Shown piece after piece: positions 31,801 through 41,179 of a stretch of DNA of 64,000 nt (positions are counted from its first letter, which is position 1; every line of letters begins with the position of its first letter). This DNA is from Nostoc sp. (GTDB lineage Bacteria; Cyanobacteriota; Cyanobacteriia; Cyanobacteriales; Nostocaceae). Position numbers and translations under genes: made by a program. The stretch lies in contig JBALDB010000067.1 of the NCBI GenBank assembly GCA_036918135.1, forward strand, positions 160,001 to 224,000. The letters are read 5' to 3'. The notes below the pieces were generated by a model. The model did no database searches. It saw only the letters and a list, made by a program, of their open reading frames with translations, and had not been told where the DNA came from.

Positions 31801-34800
31801 ACATGATGTCATTACTGTGACTGTTGGAGAACAGTTTACACAACTGGGGCAACGCCGTTACGCAATTAATCCCCAAACAAGTAGTGACTATGATACTTTG
31901 CTCAAAGAACTTGATTCATTGGATTTAAACCCAAATGTCATTAGCCATTTTTGGAGTCTCATCCCTAACGCCCAAGGAAAATTAACTCATCAGTTCTTTG
32001 AAGAATGCCAAAATAATGGATTTTATAGTTTACTTTTCCTCGCACAAGCCTTAGGAAGACAAGAAGTTACCGATAATATCCAAATTCTAGTTGTTAGCGA
32101 CAATGTGCAAGAGGTAAACGGTGACGAAAAGTTATGCCCCGAAAAGGCGACTGTCATCGGACTGTGTAAGGTGATTCCCCAAGAGTATCCCCATATTACC
32201 TGTCGTAACATTGATGTGGTGATTCCATCAGGGACATACCAAGAAAATCAACTCATAGACCAACTCTTAGCAGAACTCACCCATCAGCCATCTGAAAATA
32301 TGGTTGCCTATCGTGGCAAACATCGTTGGGTGCAAACTTTTGAACCAATACAACTCCAACAACCAGATGAGCAAACAATTCTCCTCACAGAAGGAGGAGT
32401 ATATTTAATTACTGGTGGTCTAGGAGATATTGGCTTGGTACTAGCAGAATATCTGGCTCAAACAGCGCGTGCCAAACTGATTCTTACAGGGCGTTCTGGT
32501 CTGCCAGCAAAACAAGATTGGTCTCAATGGTTGGCAACTCACGATCGTAGCGATAAAATCAGTTGCCAAATCCAGAAAGTACAAGCATTAGAAGCATTGG
32601 GTGCGGAAGTTTTGATTTGCCGTGCCGATGTTGCCAATCTCCAACAAATGCAAACAGTAATCACTGAAGCATTAAACCGCTTTGGTCAAATCCATGGGGT
32701 AATCCATGCAGCAGGGATAAAGTTATTTAGTACTGTTCAACAAATAAGTAAAACTGAGTGTGAAAGTCAATTCAGTTCCACAGGTTATGGATTATTTGTA
32801 TTAGAAAATATCTTACAAGGAAAAGAGCTAGATTTTTGCGTAGTCATATCCTCATTAGCATCTGTTTTGGGGGTAATGGGCATGGCTGCCTATCCAGCAG
32901 CGCACATATTTACTGATGCTTTTGTACATAAATATAACCAAACAAGCCTTTTCCCGTGGCTGAGCATTAATTATGGCGATTGGATTACTCAAGAATCCTC
33001 ACAATCAATAACCTTATTCAAAGGTGGGGATTCGATAATGTCAAGGCAAGAAGGACTGGAGGTTTTTAAACGTGCCTTATCTCTAAATAAATTTACTCAG
33101 ATAGTTACATCTACAGTAGATTTGCAAACTAGTATTAACAGATGGATTAAACTTGAATTTAGTCAAACTCAAGCACAAAAAGCCAGCTCTGCTTCACTTC
33201 ATTTAAGACCTAATTTAGATAGTGATTATGTTGCTCCGAGAAACGAACTAGAGCAAACCATTGCCAACATCTGGCAAGAACTCCTGGGTATTGAACTCAT
33301 AGGCATTCACGATAACTTTTTTGAATTAGGGGGAGATTCTGTTCTCGGCATTCAAGTTAGTGCTAGAGCGGCTAAAGCAGGTTATCGACTTGCTCCTCAA
33401 CAATTATTTGAACACCAAACGATTGCCGAACTAGCAGAGGTAACAAACACAAAACAAGTTGTCCAAGCAGAGCAAGGCTTAGTAACTGGTTCGCTGCCTC
33501 TAACACCTATCCAGCATTGGTTCTTTGAACAAAATTTACCAGAACCGCATCACTGGAACATGGCATTCTTTGTAGAGGTAATGCAAGTTATCGATCCGGC
33601 TTTATTGGAACAGGCATGGCAGTATTTATTCATACACCACGATGCACTTCGGCTGCGGTTTATCCCCTCTGAATCTGGTTGGCAGGAGGTGAATAGTGGC
33701 TTGGAAGAAGTAAATTTGATACATAAAGATTTATCGGCATTGTCAGCTGAGATGCAAAAATCTTCTATGGAAGCGATCGCCACCCAACTACAAGCTAGTT
33801 TAAACCTGTCAGAGGGGCCAATTGTCCGGGGTGTACTTTTTAATTTGGGTGTCAACTCCTCAAGCCGCTTGTTGATTATCATCCATCACTTGGCAGTGGA
33901 TTTCGGCTCGTGGCGAATCTTACTAGAGGATCTTGAAACTGCTTATCAACAGCTTAGCCAAGGTAAAGCGATTCAACTGCCACAGAAAACCACCTCTTTT
34001 AAACAGTGGTCTCAACGATTAAAGGAATACGCTAACTGTGAAAAGTTGCACAAAACGTTAAATTCCTGCCTTAGCGAACGTTACAACCAAGTTTATCCCT
34101 TACCGATAGATTATCCTGGAGGCATTAACAATGTAGCATCAGACCAAACTGTTTCAGTAGGATTAACCGAAACTGAAACTCAAGCATTACTTCAGGAGGT
34201 TTTAGCAGTCTATCGAACTAATACCCAAGAAGTTTTATTGACCGCTCTTGTGGAGACTTTTAAACAATGGACAGGCAGAAAATGGCTACTGTTTAATACT
34301 GAAGAAGATCCGCGAGACGCAAATATTACTATAGATAATGTGGATATATCAAGAACAGTAGGTTGGCTGACTACTCTTTATCCTGTGCTGTTGGATTTAG
34401 AAGGCGCTGAGAATCTAGGGGATGCATTGAAAACTGTGAAAGAGCAGTTTCGTGACATTTCTAGTAGAACCATCGATCGGGGAGTGCTACGCTACTTGAG
34501 TGAGGATACAACACTTACAGAGAAAATGCGATCGCTTCCCGAAGCAGAAGTGTTTTTTCTCTATCTTGGTCAGTTTGGTAAAAGCTTCGACCGTTCTTCT
34601 ATGCTCAGACCGACTGAAGAATCCACTGGGTCATTGTACAGTTCCTTTGGAACTAGTCCCCATTTGCTAGGTATAACTGCATGGGTTAATGAAGAAGGTC
34701 AGTTAAGACTAGAATTTGGCTATAGCAAAAATGTGCATCGACGCCAGACTATAGAGAAACTAGCTCAGAGTTTTGTGGAAGTACTCAAATCTTTAATCGC

Positions 34801-34906
34801 CTACTGTCGCTCCCTTGATGCAGTGGAGTATACTCCTTCAGACTTTTCGGCAGCAAATATCAATCAAGAAAATTTGAGTAGCCTGCTGGCTCAGATTAGT
34901 CAGTGA
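28877..34906 (+). CDS. PKS module KS-AT-KR*-ACP fused to an NRPS-type epimerisation domain
   Basis: KS TACSTS/HGTAT/NIGHL; AT GYSIG/HAFH; KR GGLGDIG but with YPAAH; carrier GGDSV; E-like domain PLTPIQHWFF, HHLAVDFGSW, RTVGWLT, YTPSDF tail. Confidence 0.93.
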   Translation: MSVAMPNSLNGSEIAVIGLTGCFPGAKNIDEFWENLQQGRESISVFTDEELLSSGISSSTLNDPNYVKAHAILEDAELFDASFFGFNPREAEITDPQHRIFLECAWSALESAGYDSQTYKGAIGVYGGSSLSSYLLNIYLNQNIINSIDPQQLTIAANKDYLTTRVSYKLNLEGPSYAVQTACSTSLVAVHLAIMSLLNGECDIALAGGVAINAERKAGYMYTEGGIASPDGHCRTFDAKAKGSVGGEGVGIVVLKRLEDALNDRDRIHAVIKGSAINNDGSFKVSYTAPRIDTQAKVIRTAQIVAEVEPETITYIEAHGTATVLGDPIEIAALTQAFRSSTQKKGFCAIGSVKTNIGHLDTAAGVTGLIKTVLALKHKQIPPSLHFEQPNPEIDFANSPFYVNTTLAQWQTHGTPRRAGVSSFGLGGTNAHVILEEAPIVEPSSSSRTWQLLMLSAKTSSALETATTNLANYFQEHPDLNLADVAYTLQIGRRAFEHRRTVVCRDIQDAIDALQDSKRVLTSTHKTQERSVAFMFSGLGTHYVDMGLELYQTEPTFRGCVDQCCELLKSHLSLDLRDILYPNRNSENGNKSNTLSGGLDLRKMLGRTTQPADVATQKLNQTVYTQPALFVIEYALAQLWISWGIRPTAMIGYSIGEYVAATLAEVLSLEDALTLVAKRAQMIQQLPEGAMLAIGLSEAEIQPLLNEKISLSAINGSSLCVIAGATDAIEEVERRLSERGLIGKRLQSSHAFHSVMMEAIAPSFYNLVQTFTLKPPTIPYLSNVTGTWITADQATDPSYWVQHLCQAVRFASGVQQLSQKDNPILLEVGPGQALSSFALQCLENEDRTTSVILPSLRHSYEQQSDVAFLINTLGRLWLAGVKVDWSGFYTHEERGRIPLPTYPFERQRYWIDANPEANLATPLQKKTNITDWFYMPSWKRSPQITAKPAQKLCNLVFIDTNCIGSEIVKQLELQGHDVITVTVGEQFTQLGQRRYAINPQTSSDYDTLLKELDSLDLNPNVISHFWSLIPNAQGKLTHQFFEECQNNGFYSLLFLAQALGRQEVTDNIQILVVSDNVQEVNGDEKLCPEKATVIGLCKVIPQEYPHITCRNIDVVIPSGTYQENQLIDQLLAELTHQPSENMVAYRGKHRWVQTFEPIQLQQPDEQTILLTEGGVYLITGGLGDIGLVLAEYLAQTARAKLILTGRSGLPAKQDWSQWLATHDRSDKISCQIQKVQALEALGAEVLICRADVANLQQMQTVITEALNRFGQIHGVIHAAGIKLFSTVQQISKTECESQFSSTGYGLFVLENILQGKELDFCVVISSLASVLGVMGMAAYPAAHIFTDAFVHKYNQTSLFPWLSINYGDWITQESSQSITLFKGGDSIMSRQEGLEVFKRALSLNKFTQIVTSTVDLQTSINRWIKLEFSQTQAQKASSASLHLRPNLDSDYVAPRNELEQTIANIWQELLGIELIGIHDNFFELGGDSVLGIQVSARAAKAGYRLAPQQLFEHQTIAELAEVTNTKQVVQAEQGLVTGSLPLTPIQHWFFEQNLPEPHHWNMAFFVEVMQVIDPALLEQAWQYLFIHHDALRLRFIPSESGWQEVNSGLEEVNLIHKDLSALSAEMQKSSMEAIATQLQASLNLSEGPIVRGVLFNLGVNSSSRLLIIIHHLAVDFGSWRILLEDLETAYQQLSQGKAIQLPQKTTSFKQWSQRLKEYANCEKLHKTLNSCLSERYNQVYPLPIDYPGGINNVASDQTVSVGLTETETQALLQEVLAVYRTNTQEVLLTALVETFKQWTGRKWLLFNTEEDPRDANITIDNVDISRTVGWLTTLYPVLLDLEGAENLGDALKTVKEQFRDISSRTIDRGVLRYLSEDTTLTEKMRSLPEAEVFFLYLGQFGKSFDRSSMLRPTEESTGSLYSSFGTSPHLLGITAWVNEEGQLRLEFGYSKNVHRRQTIEKLAQSFVEVLKSLIAYCRSLDAVEYTPSDFSAANINQENLSSLLAQISQ

Positions 34907-34928
34907 TACAGGAGGAATTTTATTTTAT

Positions 34929-37900
34929 ATGAATCAAAAGAATATTGAAGATATATATGAACTTTCACCCTTACAGCAGGGTATGCTTTTTCACACGCTG
35001 GTTGCACCAGATTCGGGAGTGTATTTTGAGCAGTTTTGCTACTCTTTAAAAACTCAAATTGATGTTCCAGCTTTTGAGAAAGCTTGGCAACGAGTTTTAA
35101 ACCGACATCCGATTTTGCGTACTTCCTTCTACTGGGAAAATCTTGATAAACCATATCAAGTGGTATATCGACAAGTAGATTTGCCTTGGGATTTTCAAGA
35201 CTGGCGTCAGATGTCTTTGCCAGAAACAGAAAAGCAATTAGAAGTTTTTTTAGCAGCAGATCGCAAACGAGGCTTTACACTTTCTGAGGTTCCACTCATC
35301 CGTTTGACATTAATTCAGGTGGCTGACGACACTTATCAATTTGTTTTCAGCTTTCACCATATATTGATGGAAGGGTGGTCTTTAACATGGCTATGGAAAG
35401 AATTCTATGAATTCTATAATGCCTTTTGCAAAGGTGAGGATTTAGACCTGGAATATCCTCGTCCCTTTAAAGAATACATTTCCTGGCTACAGCAGCAAGA
35501 TATCTCAAAGGCTGAAATTTACTGGCGCGAGATGCTTAGAGGATTTACAGTACCGACACCACTAATGATGGACAAAGGTGGCGGTACTTTCTCTAGCGAA
35601 GAGGAAAACCATGATTGTCAACAAACCCTACTCTCTCTAACAACGACAGATGCCTTGAATTCTCTGGCGCGAAAGTATCACCTGACCCTAAACATCCTAC
35701 TCAAGGGGGCTTGGGCTATACTTTTGAGTCGCTATAGCGGTGAGTCAGATATAGTTTTTGGAGCTACATCTTCAGGCAGACCTACGGAATTGGCAGAAGC
35801 AGAGTCGATGATGGGACTTTTCGCCAATACATTGCCACTACGGGTAGAAGTAGATAGTGATGCTTTGCTGATACCTTGGTTGAAAAAGCTGCAAATTCAA
35901 GAAGTAGAAATGCGTCAGTATGAGTATAGTCCACTGATGCAGATTCAACAATGGAGTCAAATCCCTCGTGGATTGCCATTATTTGAAAGTCTTTTAGTTT
36001 TTAATAACTATTTAGTAGATGATACTAATGAAAAGCTAGCTCAAAGCTTGGTTATAGGCGAAGCTCGGATATTTGAAAAGACAAATTATCCTCTTACCCT
36101 CCAGGTATATCCTGGTTCAGATTTATTACTATCAATTGCCTATGATACTCGTCGTTTTGATAGTGCGACGATTAATCAGATAATAGGGCATTTAAAGACT
36201 TTGCTAGAAAGTATAGTTGCTAATCCCGAACAACAACTTCGAGACTTGTCGTTACTGACTGCACAAGAAAAATATCAATTGCTCCAGGAGTGGAATAATA
36301 CAGAAATTGAGTATGCTCAAGAAAAGTGCATTCATCAGTTATTTGAAGCGCAAGTAGAACGCACACCTAATGCAGTCGCAGTGGTATTTCAAGATGAAGA
36401 GTTAACTTATGGTCAACTAAACACCAAAGCCAACCAATTAGCGCATTATTTACGTTCATTGGGAGTAAAACCAGATGTATTAGTCGGGATTTGTGTAGAG
36501 CGATCGCTCGATATGATTATCGGACTATTAGCTATCCTCAAAGCAGGTGGTGCTTATGTGCCGTTAGATCCAGCATACCCCCAAGAACGCTTAACTTTTA
36601 TGTTGGCAGATGCTCAAGTGCCAGTGCTGCTGACTCAACAACAATTACTAGAAAAACTGCCAAATTCTGGCGCATCGATAGTTTGCCTGGATACAGATTG
36701 GCAGATAATTCAAATGGCAAGCGACCAGAATCTCCCAACAGCTTTCTCGCCGGAGAACTTAGCATATACAATCTACACTTCTGGCTCCACAGGTAAGCCA
36801 AAGGGAGTAATGGTCAGTCATGGTAACGTTGTCAATTTCTTTACAGGAATGGACAGTAGGATTGGCAGCGATCGCCCAGGTACTTGGCTAGCAGTTACTA
36901 GCATTTCCTTTGATATCTCAGTGTTAGAGTTGCTGTGGACGCTGACACGCGGTTTTGAAGTTGTAATTAATGGTGATTTCAGACGTGCTATTACTACTGA
37001 AGTAGATCGAATCACAGATAAAGAAATGGCATTTAGCCTTTTCTATTTTGCAAGTGACGAGCTACAGGCAGGCACAAATAAGTATCAGTTATTACTTGAA
37101 GGTGCTAAGTTTGCTGATAAACACGGCTTTGCAGCCATCTGGACTCCAGAGCGACACTTTCATGAATTTGGCGGTCTATACCCAAATCCCTCCGTTGTCA
37201 GTGCAGCGATCGCCACAATTACAGAGCAAATTCAAATTCGTGCTGGTAGTATTGTTTTACCGTTACAAAACCCGATCCGAGTTGCTGAAGAATGGTCTGT
37301 AGTTGATAACCTTTCCGGAGGCAGAGTTGGTATCTCCTTTGCTTCTGGTTGGCACGCCGATGATTTTGTCTTAGCACCAGAAAAGTATAGCGATCGTTTC
37401 CAAATCATGTTTCGTGACATCGAAACTGTCCGCCAACTCTGGCGGGGAGAATCGATAACCCTACCAGCAGGTAGCGGCAAAGAAGTAGAAGTGAAGATTC
37501 ATCCGCAACCGATTCAGCCGCAAGTACCGATTTGGGTTACAGCTGCTGGTAGCCCGGAAACTTTTCGTAAGGCGGGTGAAATTGGTGCCAACTTGCTTAC
37601 CCATTTACTCGGTCAAAATCTAGAGGAACTAGAGGAAAAAATTGCGATTTATCGTCAATCCTGGCAGGAACACGGTCATGTGGGAGCAGGTCAGGTGACG
37701 CTGATGATTCACACCTTTGTGGGTGAGGACATTGATATTGTGCGAGAAAAGGTGCGGCAACCTTTCTGCGATTACTTGAAAAGTTCTCTGAGTTTGTGGA
37801 AGAACTTAGCAAAAAGTTTAGGTGAGGATATTGATGTAGATAACTTTAGCGCACAAGAGCAAGAGCAATTGCTGAATTACGCTTTCAATCGTTACTTTGA

Positions 37901-39365
37901 AACGAGTAGTTTGTTAGGCACACCCAGCACTTGCTTGCAGATGATTAATCGACTCAAGGCTATAGGGGTGGATGAGGTTGCATGTCTGATTGATTTTGGC
38001 GTGGATGTGGAATCTGTGTTGTCTAGTTTACATCATCTAAATACAGTCAGAGAATTGAGCAACAAAAAAATAGATAAAAATGACACTAGCAACACCGACT
38101 ATTCCCTAGCTGCTGAAATTGCCAGACACAATGTCACACATCTGCAATGCACTCCCTCTCTAGCAAGAATGTTAATTCAAGATAATAAAGCGTTGAGTGC
38201 GATGGGTTCGCTCCGTAAATTGATGCTTGGTGGTGAGGCGTTACCGATTTCTCTAGCAGAACAGTTGCGTACTCAACTCTCGGCAGAAATTCATAATATG
38301 TACGGGCCCACGGAAACAACTATTTGGTCTACAAGCTATAACCTCAAAGAAGTCAGCAATACAGTACCAATCGGACGCCCGATTGCCAACACAGAAATTT
38401 ACATTCTCGATCGCCATTTACAACCAGTACCTATTGGAATTCCTGGTGAACTCTACATTGGCGGTAAAGGTGTGGTGCGTGGCTACTTAAACCAACCACA
38501 GTTAACCCTAGAGCGTTTCATCTCTAATCCGTTTAGCACAAACCCAAACAACAAACTCTATAAAACTGGAGACTTAGCACAATATTTACCAAACGGTAAT
38601 ATCGAGTTTCTCGGTCGTGTAGATCATCAAGTGAAATTCCAGGGATATCGCATCGAGTTAAGCGAGATAGAAACTGTCTTGAGTCAATATCCGGCGGTAA
38701 TGGAAGCTGTTGTTGTCGCCAGAGAGGAGCAACCAGGAAACAAACGCCTAGTAGCCTATATTGTTCCAACACAACAAGCACAAGACATCACATTTACACC
38801 AAAAACGCAACTGTTGACCGACGAGCAAATAATAGCAAAACCCACCTTTTCAATCGGCGACTTACGAGCGTTTATCAAAGAAAGGTTACCTGAGTATATG
38901 GTACCCTCGACCTTTGTAACCCTCAACGCCCTACCTCTAACACCCAATGGTAAAATAGACCGCAATGCATTACCTGCACCAGAAACTTTCAGACCAGAAT
39001 TAGAAGTATCTTATGTAGCGCCAAAGACCGAAGTTGAAAAAGTGATTGCATCTATTTGGCAAGAATTACTTCAGGTAGAAAAAGTGGGAATCCATGATAA
39101 TTTCTTTGAACTTGGTGGTCATTCATTGCTGTTAATTCAAGTTACTAGCAGGTTGCAAAAAGTATTTCAACGAGATTTTACCTTGGTTGATATATTTCAA
39201 TATCCAACTATCAGTAACTTGGTTAAATATTTTAGTCAGCAATCGAGCGAAGAAACATCTGTTTCCCGACCTACTCATCATCCAGAGAATAGAACAGCTT
39301 CAGTACAAAGGCGAAAACAAGTTAGGAAAGAGCGGCGGGCAGCAACCAAGGAAAAAGATTTTTAG
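34929..39365 (+). CDS. NRPS C-A[Gly](embedded luciferase-like monooxygenase)-T
   Basis: Post-E type C with HHILMEG; code DILQMGMIWK (Gly-type); LLM insert of about 350 aa (FSLFYF, WTPERHFHEFGG, RVAEEWSVVDNLSGGR) between A4 and A5; T GGHSLL. Confidence 0.94.
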   Translation: MNQKNIEDIYELSPLQQGMLFHTLVAPDSGVYFEQFCYSLKTQIDVPAFEKAWQRVLNRHPILRTSFYWENLDKPYQVVYRQVDLPWDFQDWRQMSLPETEKQLEVFLAADRKRGFTLSEVPLIRLTLIQVADDTYQFVFSFHHILMEGWSLTWLWKEFYEFYNAFCKGEDLDLEYPRPFKEYISWLQQQDISKAEIYWREMLRGFTVPTPLMMDKGGGTFSSEEENHDCQQTLLSLTTTDALNSLARKYHLTLNILLKGAWAILLSRYSGESDIVFGATSSGRPTELAEAESMMGLFANTLPLRVEVDSDALLIPWLKKLQIQEVEMRQYEYSPLMQIQQWSQIPRGLPLFESLLVFNNYLVDDTNEKLAQSLVIGEARIFEKTNYPLTLQVYPGSDLLLSIAYDTRRFDSATINQIIGHLKTLLESIVANPEQQLRDLSLLTAQEKYQLLQEWNNTEIEYAQEKCIHQLFEAQVERTPNAVAVVFQDEELTYGQLNTKANQLAHYLRSLGVKPDVLVGICVERSLDMIIGLLAILKAGGAYVPLDPAYPQERLTFMLADAQVPVLLTQQQLLEKLPNSGASIVCLDTDWQIIQMASDQNLPTAFSPENLAYTIYTSGSTGKPKGVMVSHGNVVNFFTGMDSRIGSDRPGTWLAVTSISFDISVLELLWTLTRGFEVVINGDFRRAITTEVDRITDKEMAFSLFYFASDELQAGTNKYQLLLEGAKFADKHGFAAIWTPERHFHEFGGLYPNPSVVSAAIATITEQIQIRAGSIVLPLQNPIRVAEEWSVVDNLSGGRVGISFASGWHADDFVLAPEKYSDRFQIMFRDIETVRQLWRGESITLPAGSGKEVEVKIHPQPIQPQVPIWVTAAGSPETFRKAGEIGANLLTHLLGQNLEELEEKIAIYRQSWQEHGHVGAGQVTLMIHTFVGEDIDIVREKVRQPFCDYLKSSLSLWKNLAKSLGEDIDVDNFSAQEQEQLLNYAFNRYFETSSLLGTPSTCLQMINRLKAIGVDEVACLIDFGVDVESVLSSLHHLNTVRELSNKKIDKNDTSNTDYSLAAEIARHNVTHLQCTPSLARMLIQDNKALSAMGSLRKLMLGGEALPISLAEQLRTQLSAEIHNMYGPTETTIWSTSYNLKEVSNTVPIGRPIANTEIYILDRHLQPVPIGIPGELYIGGKGVVRGYLNQPQLTLERFISNPFSTNPNNKLYKTGDLAQYLPNGNIEFLGRVDHQVKFQGYRIELSEIETVLSQYPAVMEAVVVAREEQPGNKRLVAYIVPTQQAQDITFTPKTQLLTDEQIIAKPTFSIGDLRAFIKERLPEYMVPSTFVTLNALPLTPNGKIDRNALPAPETFRPELEVSYVAPKTEVEKVIASIWQELLQVEKVGIHDNFFELGGHSLLLIQVTSRLQKVFQRDFTLVDIFQYPTISNLVKYFSQQSSEETSVSRPTHHPENRTASVQRRKQVRKERRAATKEKDF

Positions 39366-39482
39366 TGTCAGCAAAGCGATCGCTCGAATCTTAATGACCT
39401 GTAGAATCGAATATTTTAGAGTTAAGCAGGCGTCATAATATTCTTACCGCAAAAACAAATTAAAAAAATATTGCAACCCAAT

Positions 39483-41123
39483 ATGACATCAAGCAAACAA
39501 GAAATGCTAAATAAAAATTCCTTTTTTGAATCTGAGCAAACATTCGATAATGGAATTGAAGAACAAGTAATGCAATTGTTTGCTTTATCCAATCAAGCGA
39601 CGTCTATCGAAAAACAAATCGATGAAATAACTGATAGCTGGTCGCAAGATTTTTTAAACACTATCGATTCTAATACCAATATTGATTTAGAGTTACTAAT
39701 AGAAAAATTTAGTGATAGTAAGATTCCCGTTCAACCTATCAATTTTGAGAACTATCTCAAATACATAGGTAACAATGTTGTTGCTCATTCAATACATACA
39801 TCTTCGCCACGATTTATTGGTCACATGACCTCGGCACTTCCTAGTTTTGTACGCCCTTTGGCTAAACTGATGACGGCAATGAACCAAAATGCCGTCAAAA
39901 TAGAAACAGCGAAAGCCCTAAGCTTTTGCGAACGCGAAGCTTTGGCTATGTTGCATAGACAAATTTATAATTTTTCTGATAATTTTTATACTCAACATAT
40001 TCAAAACAATTTGAGTACACTGGGAATTTTGGTTTCTGGTGGAACAGTGGCAAATATCACAGCAGTGTGGTGTGCGCGAAATGCTTCACTAGGCCCGAAA
40101 GATGGATTTCTTGGTGTAGAAAAAGAAGGTTTAGCAGCTGCTTTAGATTTCTATGGTTATAAAGGAGCAGTAATTATTGGCTCTGATTTGATGCATTTTT
40201 CTTTTGATAAAGCTGCGGATTTAATGGGCATTGGTACGAATAGTTTGATTAGAATTCCCGCTGACCGTAATAATCGAGTTGATATACAAGCACTGCGTCA
40301 AACTGTTGTCAACTGTCAAGCCAAAAACTTGCTGATTATTGCAATTGTCGGAGTTGCTGGAACAACAGACTCAGGTGGGGTTGATTCCCTAATAGATATC
40401 GCAGAAATTGCACACCAAGCCAATGCTCATTTTCATGTAGATGCTGCTTGGGGTGGGCCGCTAATTTTTTCTGAGCAATATCGACATAAGCTTGCTGGTA
40501 TAGAAAGAGCTGATTCAGTCACTATTGATGGACACAAACAACTATATCTACCAATGGGTATTGGTATGGTCTTTTTTAGCAATCCACAATTGGCTGGAGC
40601 GATCGAAAAACAGGCTAGTTATACCATGCGTAAGGGGTCGTTTGATTTAGGTAAACGTGCTTTAGAAGGTTCTCGGCCAGGCATGGCTTTATTTTTACAT
40701 GCCGGTTTAAAGCTGATTGGAGTTAAGGGATATGAGTTTTTGATTAATGAAGGAATCCGAAAAACTCAATACATGGCTGCTTGTATTTCAGCTATGCCTG
40801 AATTTGAATTGCTGACAGAACCCGATACTAATCTATTAATTTATCGCTATATTCCAAAACAATTTAGAAGAGTGCATAGTAAAAACAAATTGGCAGATAT
40901 AGATAATCAAATTATCAATAATTTTAATGAATGTTTACAAAAGCATCAGCGTCAAATTGGTCATACTTTCATTTCACGAACGACAAAAAAAGATATGAAG
41001 TTTGGCAGTGAAACTCCGATAGTTGCTATGCGGGCAGTGATTGCCAATCCTTTAACCACAGAAGAAGATATTCGCGCAGTTTTAAATGAGCAGATCCAAA
41101 TAGCTGCCCAAATTCAAATTTAA
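39483..41123 (+). CDS. Group II PLP-dependent decarboxylase, PanP-like aspartate 1-decarboxylase (beta-alanine supply)
   Basis: SPRFIGHMTSALP, SGGTVAN, HFHVDAAWGG, DSVTIDGHKQLY (PLP Lys), EGSRPG. ATG at 39483 preferred over TTG at 39471. Confidence 0.85.
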   Translation: MTSSKQEMLNKNSFFESEQTFDNGIEEQVMQLFALSNQATSIEKQIDEITDSWSQDFLNTIDSNTNIDLELLIEKFSDSKIPVQPINFENYLKYIGNNVVAHSIHTSSPRFIGHMTSALPSFVRPLAKLMTAMNQNAVKIETAKALSFCEREALAMLHRQIYNFSDNFYTQHIQNNLSTLGILVSGGTVANITAVWCARNASLGPKDGFLGVEKEGLAAALDFYGYKGAVIIGSDLMHFSFDKAADLMGIGTNSLIRIPADRNNRVDIQALRQTVVNCQAKNLLIIAIVGVAGTTDSGGVDSLIDIAEIAHQANAHFHVDAAWGGPLIFSEQYRHKLAGIERADSVTIDGHKQLYLPMGIGMVFFSNPQLAGAIEKQASYTMRKGSFDLGKRALEGSRPGMALFLHAGLKLIGVKGYEFLINEGIRKTQYMAACISAMPEFELLTEPDTNLLIYRYIPKQFRRVHSKNKLADIDNQIINNFNECLQKHQRQIGHTFISRTTKKDMKFGSETPIVAMRAVIANPLTTEEDIRAVLNEQIQIAAQIQI

Positions 41124-41179
41124 CTTTTATTAAAAACTAGAAAACAGTATTTTATTAAGTTGCTCTTTAAAAAATTAAG

